Source of the DNA: an uncultured Opitutia bacterium
GTDB taxonomy: Bacteria; Verrucomicrobiota; Verrucomicrobiia; Opitutales; Coraliomargaritaceae
Assembly (NCBI GenBank): GCA_913041275.1
Contig: CAJWHF010000001.1
Location: 7,350 to 71,349 of the forward strand
Reading direction: 5' to 3'
Length of the DNA stretch: 64,000 nt
Numbering within the stretch: position 1 is the stretch's first letter; the number at the start of each line of letters is the position of its first letter. Positions 60,640 to 64,000 of the stretch are shown here, piece after piece. The translations under genes were made by a program, and so were the position numbers. The notes beneath the pieces were generated by a model, which was not told where the DNA came from, searched no databases, and saw only the letters and a program-made list of their open reading frames with translations.

Positions 60640-62486
60640 ATGGTATCAAGTTGTATCGTGTCAATTTCTACAAATGCACCCTCTTCACCTTCGAATACAA
60701 TCTCAAGTAATTCTACTATTTCCTTACCCAGTTCAGGATGGAAGTTCACCGAAATTCGCTCGTACTCATTACTGGCTTGAATCGAGTCTAAACCAATTAA
60801 CCGCTCGTTTATAAGAACCTTAACGTTCAAGTCCTTGCTAGATCTTAAGCGCAGAATGAAAGTCTGATTTTCTCTTTTTGGAATAACCTTAAGCCCTTCC
60901 CTGCGTAGGATAGCTACTTTATCATCTAAATAAAAATCAAGATACCCAAGAAATCCTGCGAGGTTAGAACTTATGTTATTTGAAATCCAACCTTCCGTCT
61001 GCCATGCGCCACAGTCAAATTCGTAATACAAGTTACCATCTAAAGGGTCCCGACCGTTTAAACTTTCCCACTTATCAGAAAGCCCGTCCCCATCACTGTC
61101 CACACGGTAAGCTTCGTACTCAACATTAACGCCCTCACCCCACTTCGTACCCTCACCATTGACCTGTAGCGCTTGAATAGATTCTTCTCTTATCCCATGA
61201 TCACCCTCGCTTAACCAGTCACTCAAAAGCGCACGGTGCTGACTTAAGATATCCACATAGCCTGGATCAGAGGCAAGGTTAACCAACATATGTGGGTCAA
61301 CCGATACCTCGTAAAGCTCCTCAACTGGGCGCTCGCCAAAGTAAATCCTTCTGTGCAGCGCAGAGAGCTCACCCTGGCGATACAAATCGTGCAGGTTTTG
61401 GGTGAACGCCTTGTTATCTCGGTACTGCGGCTGTAGAAAAATACGGTCAAACTTGTAATTACGCACATAGCGGAAGTGATCCGTGCGAATGCTTCGCACA
61501 CGATCAACAGTATGGTCTAGGCGATCTTTGTGAGCGGCGACAAAACTTCGTGGTTTAAAATCTACTGCAAATAAGTCCTGACCTTCATACCATTGCGGCT
61601 TTTTAACACCCGCCCACGCCAGAGTTGTTGCGCTAAGATCAAGCATATCCACCAGATCTCCGCGAACTTGTGCAGATGGAACATATCGCCCTGGCCCTAC
61701 AATTAGAAACGGCACATGTAGTCCGCCCTCCGTCGTCATTTGTTTATGACGCACAAGATTATTAGCTCCATGATCCGAGAAATAAACCACAATAGTATTA
61801 TCTGCCAATCCAGCCTCTTCCAACCCCTCAAGTATTTTACCTACCAAGTCATCCTCCATTCGGATAGCATCATAATGTTGTGCTACTACAGTTCGATAGA
61901 TGTAATTATCTGGATAGTCCGCAGGCACATTTACCAGACCTGGGTCGACCTTACGCTCCTCAGGAAATTTCCAAGTATTATTTTTTCCTCCTTTGGTCTG
62001 TATCTGACCAAAAAACGGCTGCTTCGTAGTTAAATCGGAAAAGTCCGTTTGGTCACTTAATTGATAATTATAAGAGCTGGAATTCCATACAAAATTATAG
62101 TCGGTCTTGCCATAGTTGAAAGTGGTGTAGCCATACGCTAGTAGAATTTCTGGAAGTGTCCGTATATTCTCTGGCAGGTAAATTTTGGGTCCCTTTCGAG
62201 AGGAGCGGTGTTGATGAGCGCCAAAACGTATACCACTTTGCCCAACAATCAGAGCCGAACGCGTCGCCGAGCAAACTGGCGCAGGCACAAAGGCTCGATC
62301 AAACCTTACTCCCGCTTTAGCAATTGAATCTATGTGGGGGGTCGCCTCTGCATTAATTAGATCACCGTAACAACCCATCCACGGAGAGGTGTCTTCCGCA
62401 TAAATCCAAAGTATATTCGGGCGTTCTACCGTTTGTGCAATTAGGCTAGCAACACTAAGCAGCCAAATGATGATCGATTTATGCAT
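60636..62486 (-). CDS. S1 sulfatase (S1_8-like) with a C-terminal DxDxDG Ca-binding repeat and an extra beta-domain
   Basis: NILWIYAED, CSATRS (CxAxR), GKTDY, SDHG, DP....NLA; then VDSDGDGLSDKWE...GRDP and about 130 aa of beta-rich tail. Confidence 0.88.
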   Translation of the reverse strand: MHKSIIIWLLSVASLIAQTVERPNILWIYAEDTSPWMGCYGDLINAEATPHIDSIAKAGVRFDRAFVPAPVCSATRSALIVGQSGIRFGAHQHRSSRKGPKIYLPENIRTLPEILLAYGYTTFNYGKTDYNFVWNSSSYNYQLSDQTDFSDLTTKQPFFGQIQTKGGKNNTWKFPEERKVDPGLVNVPADYPDNYIYRTVVAQHYDAIRMEDDLVGKILEGLEEAGLADNTIVVYFSDHGANNLVRHKQMTTEGGLHVPFLIVGPGRYVPSAQVRGDLVDMLDLSATTLAWAGVKKPQWYEGQDLFAVDFKPRSFVAAHKDRLDHTVDRVRSIRTDHFRYVRNYKFDRIFLQPQYRDNKAFTQNLHDLYRQGELSALHRRIYFGERPVEELYEVSVDPHMLVNLASDPGYVDILSQHRALLSDWLSEGDHGIREESIQALQVNGEGTKWGEGVNVEYEAYRVDSDGDGLSDKWESLNGRDPLDGNLYYEFDCGAWQTEGWISNNISSNLAGFLGYLDFYLDDKVAILRREGLKVIPKRENQTFILRLRSSKDLNVKVLINERLIGLDSIQASNEYERISVNFHPELGKEIVELLEIVFEGEEGAFVEIDTIQLDTI

Positions 62487-62568
62487 TTAGTAGACTGTTA
62501 CTTATTTTGAATGATTTCAATAAAATGAATTACCAATCGTGTACACCAAAGCACCTAATTTGTTGCTC

Positions 62569-62596
62569 AAAATTGATTTCCTTACTTCGCCTAAGC
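62569..62596. promoter_or_regulatory. Candidate regulator/promoter motif upstream of the minus-strand sulfatase pair
   Basis: AAAATTGATTT-CCTTAC-TTCGCC-TAAGC, similar to 37760-37784. Confidence 0.35.
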
Positions 62597-62780
62597 CTGA
62601 GCTAGTAATATTCTCAAAATAAAAGCCCTGTATATTACTTATATATTAACTGTAGGACCTATTACTAACAGTAATCTTGCTAAAATTACCCGCTCGGGTA
62701 CGATATGTATCCCTATAATGAAGTTTTTCATGGTCTACTAGGGCATACTGTATAACTTTAGTAAATAAGCGAAATACCCT

Positions 62781-64000
62781 ATGAAAGCCCCTTTAATTAA
62801 TCTTTTTATAGTACTTAGCTTTATCAGTACTTCCATATTTGCGGGAGAAAAAGCTGGGGCTAGTCTACCTAATATTATCTTTATTTTTGTAGACGATATG
62901 GGTGTTGGTGATGTGGGTCATTACCACGACTATTTTATCGATCAAGGGCTTATAACGAATACTCATTTTAATTACAGCGGAACTACACCTGAAACAGTTA
63001 TTCAAACTCCCAATATGGACCGCATCTGCGAAGAGGGAATGATTTTCACAGATGCGCAGCTACCAGCATCACTCTGTGCCCCTAATCGTTTCTGTGTGCT
63101 CACCGGAAATAACACCGTTCGTTCCAGAGAATTCGGTACATGGGGTCATACTGAAAGTTCAGGGCTCAACTATGAAAGTAGTCGCGGTGGGCTTAACTCA
63201 AAACCCATGACCTATGAAGTTAATAATCAGACCATCAGTATATTAGATTCGAATGGGAATATTGCTAACGGCAGCCTTAATGGCTTTGGCGATAGACGAA
63301 ACAATCCTCACGATACTATAGGAGATATTTTGCAGTCAGCAGGTTACCATACAGCTTTCTTCGGAAAGATGCATATTGGGGCAGACTTTTACGACTGGGA
63401 CGGAGATGTTCTTCGCTACAATTTCTTTAATAACAATCCCAATGCCTACGACGCTTACGACTTCGGCAGAAAGTTTGATCAAGGAATGTTAGACCATGGT
63501 TTTGACTACACCTTTGTCAGTCCCGACGGCATACAAGGAAAGCTCTATATGTATTTTGAAAATGATTTGTATAAACCAATCAGTGATTTCGATCAAGCTG
63601 TCGAGAACTGGTGGCCTGGTTCAATGAATATTAATGCTCAGGGGAACACCTCGGTGCTTCGCTATTTTAATGCTACGCGCTACAGTAATACAAATTTAAA
63701 CAACCCGGTAAGCGGCACCTTCAGCGCTAATTCTGTTTACGACGATAAGAATAGACTAATTACCTCAGCAGGAACTAGTGAATTAGTAAATGATTACGGA
63801 GAATTACTTGCTAAAGGTTATGGTGATTCTCGCTTCGATACTAGTGAGCACGGTCCAGTCCTCGCCTACCACGCCGTAAAATATATCGAGTCGCGCGTCG
63901 CCACTACTCCTAATCAACCCTTCATGCTCTTTTATGCTGCCCCAGCAATACACACTCCTATCACACCTTCTCTGCATGCTCGTGGCAGTACTGGACTCGG
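62781..64000 (+). CDS. S1 sulfatase (S1_15-like) with long insertions, 3'-truncated by the window edge; absent from the ORF track
   Basis: Manual translation: MKAPLINLFIVLSF signal, LPNIIFIFVDDMGVGDV, TPNMDR, LCAPNRFCVLTG, FGKMHIG, GFDYTF, QPFMLFYAAPAIHTP; the frame stays open to the window end. Confidence 0.88.
   Translation, partial: MKAPLINLFIVLSFISTSIFAGEKAGASLPNIIFIFVDDMGVGDVGHYHDYFIDQGLITNTHFNYSGTTPETVIQTPNMDRICEEGMIFTDAQLPASLCAPNRFCVLTGNNTVRSREFGTWGHTESSGLNYESSRGGLNSKPMTYEVNNQTISILDSNGNIANGSLNGFGDRRNNPHDTIGDILQSAGYHTAFFGKMHIGADFYDWDGDVLRYNFFNNNPNAYDAYDFGRKFDQGMLDHGFDYTFVSPDGIQGKLYMYFENDLYKPISDFDQAVENWWPGSMNINAQGNTSVLRYFNATRYSNTNLNNPVSGTFSANSVYDDKNRLITSAGTSELVNDYGELLAKGYGDSRFDTSEHGPVLAYHAVKYIESRVATTPNQPFMLFYAAPAIHTPITPSLHARGSTGL

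Overview
A 64 kb, densely coding bacterial window, most likely from a marine Verrucomicrobiota (Opitutales, Coraliomargarita/Lentimonas-like). That placement is inferred from gene content: a DUF1800/DUF1501 pair, a PVC-type ExbB/ExbD/vWA cluster, many Cys-type sulfatases, and start codons mostly lacking Shine-Dalgarno sites. The left part (1-29.7 kb) is mainly core genes: a 5'-truncated GH10, recN, an ABC-F ATPase, hom, degP, aroC, a peptide/nickel-type ABC transporter, DUF1800/DUF1501, an MFS transporter and yhaM. It also holds a six-gene TPR-TPR-ExbB-ExbD-ExbD-(TM/Pro-rich/vWA) operon, an uncharacterised PMF-driven envelope machine. The right part (29.7 kb to past the window end) is a large sulfated-galactan utilisation locus. 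It has a DauA/DauB-like 3,6-anhydro-D-galactose pathway plus Eda/KdgK, apparently co-transcribed with a GH136-like beta-helix and a GH42. It also has 10 formylglycine sulfatases (one S1_19-like), an AraC regulator, two esterases, a Tat-exported Gfo/Idh/MocA oxidoreductase paired with DUF1080, a PhoD-like enzyme and a GH50. I saw no rRNA, tRNA, CRISPR or mobile element. Family calls come from motifs read by eye and remembered homologues; no searches were run.
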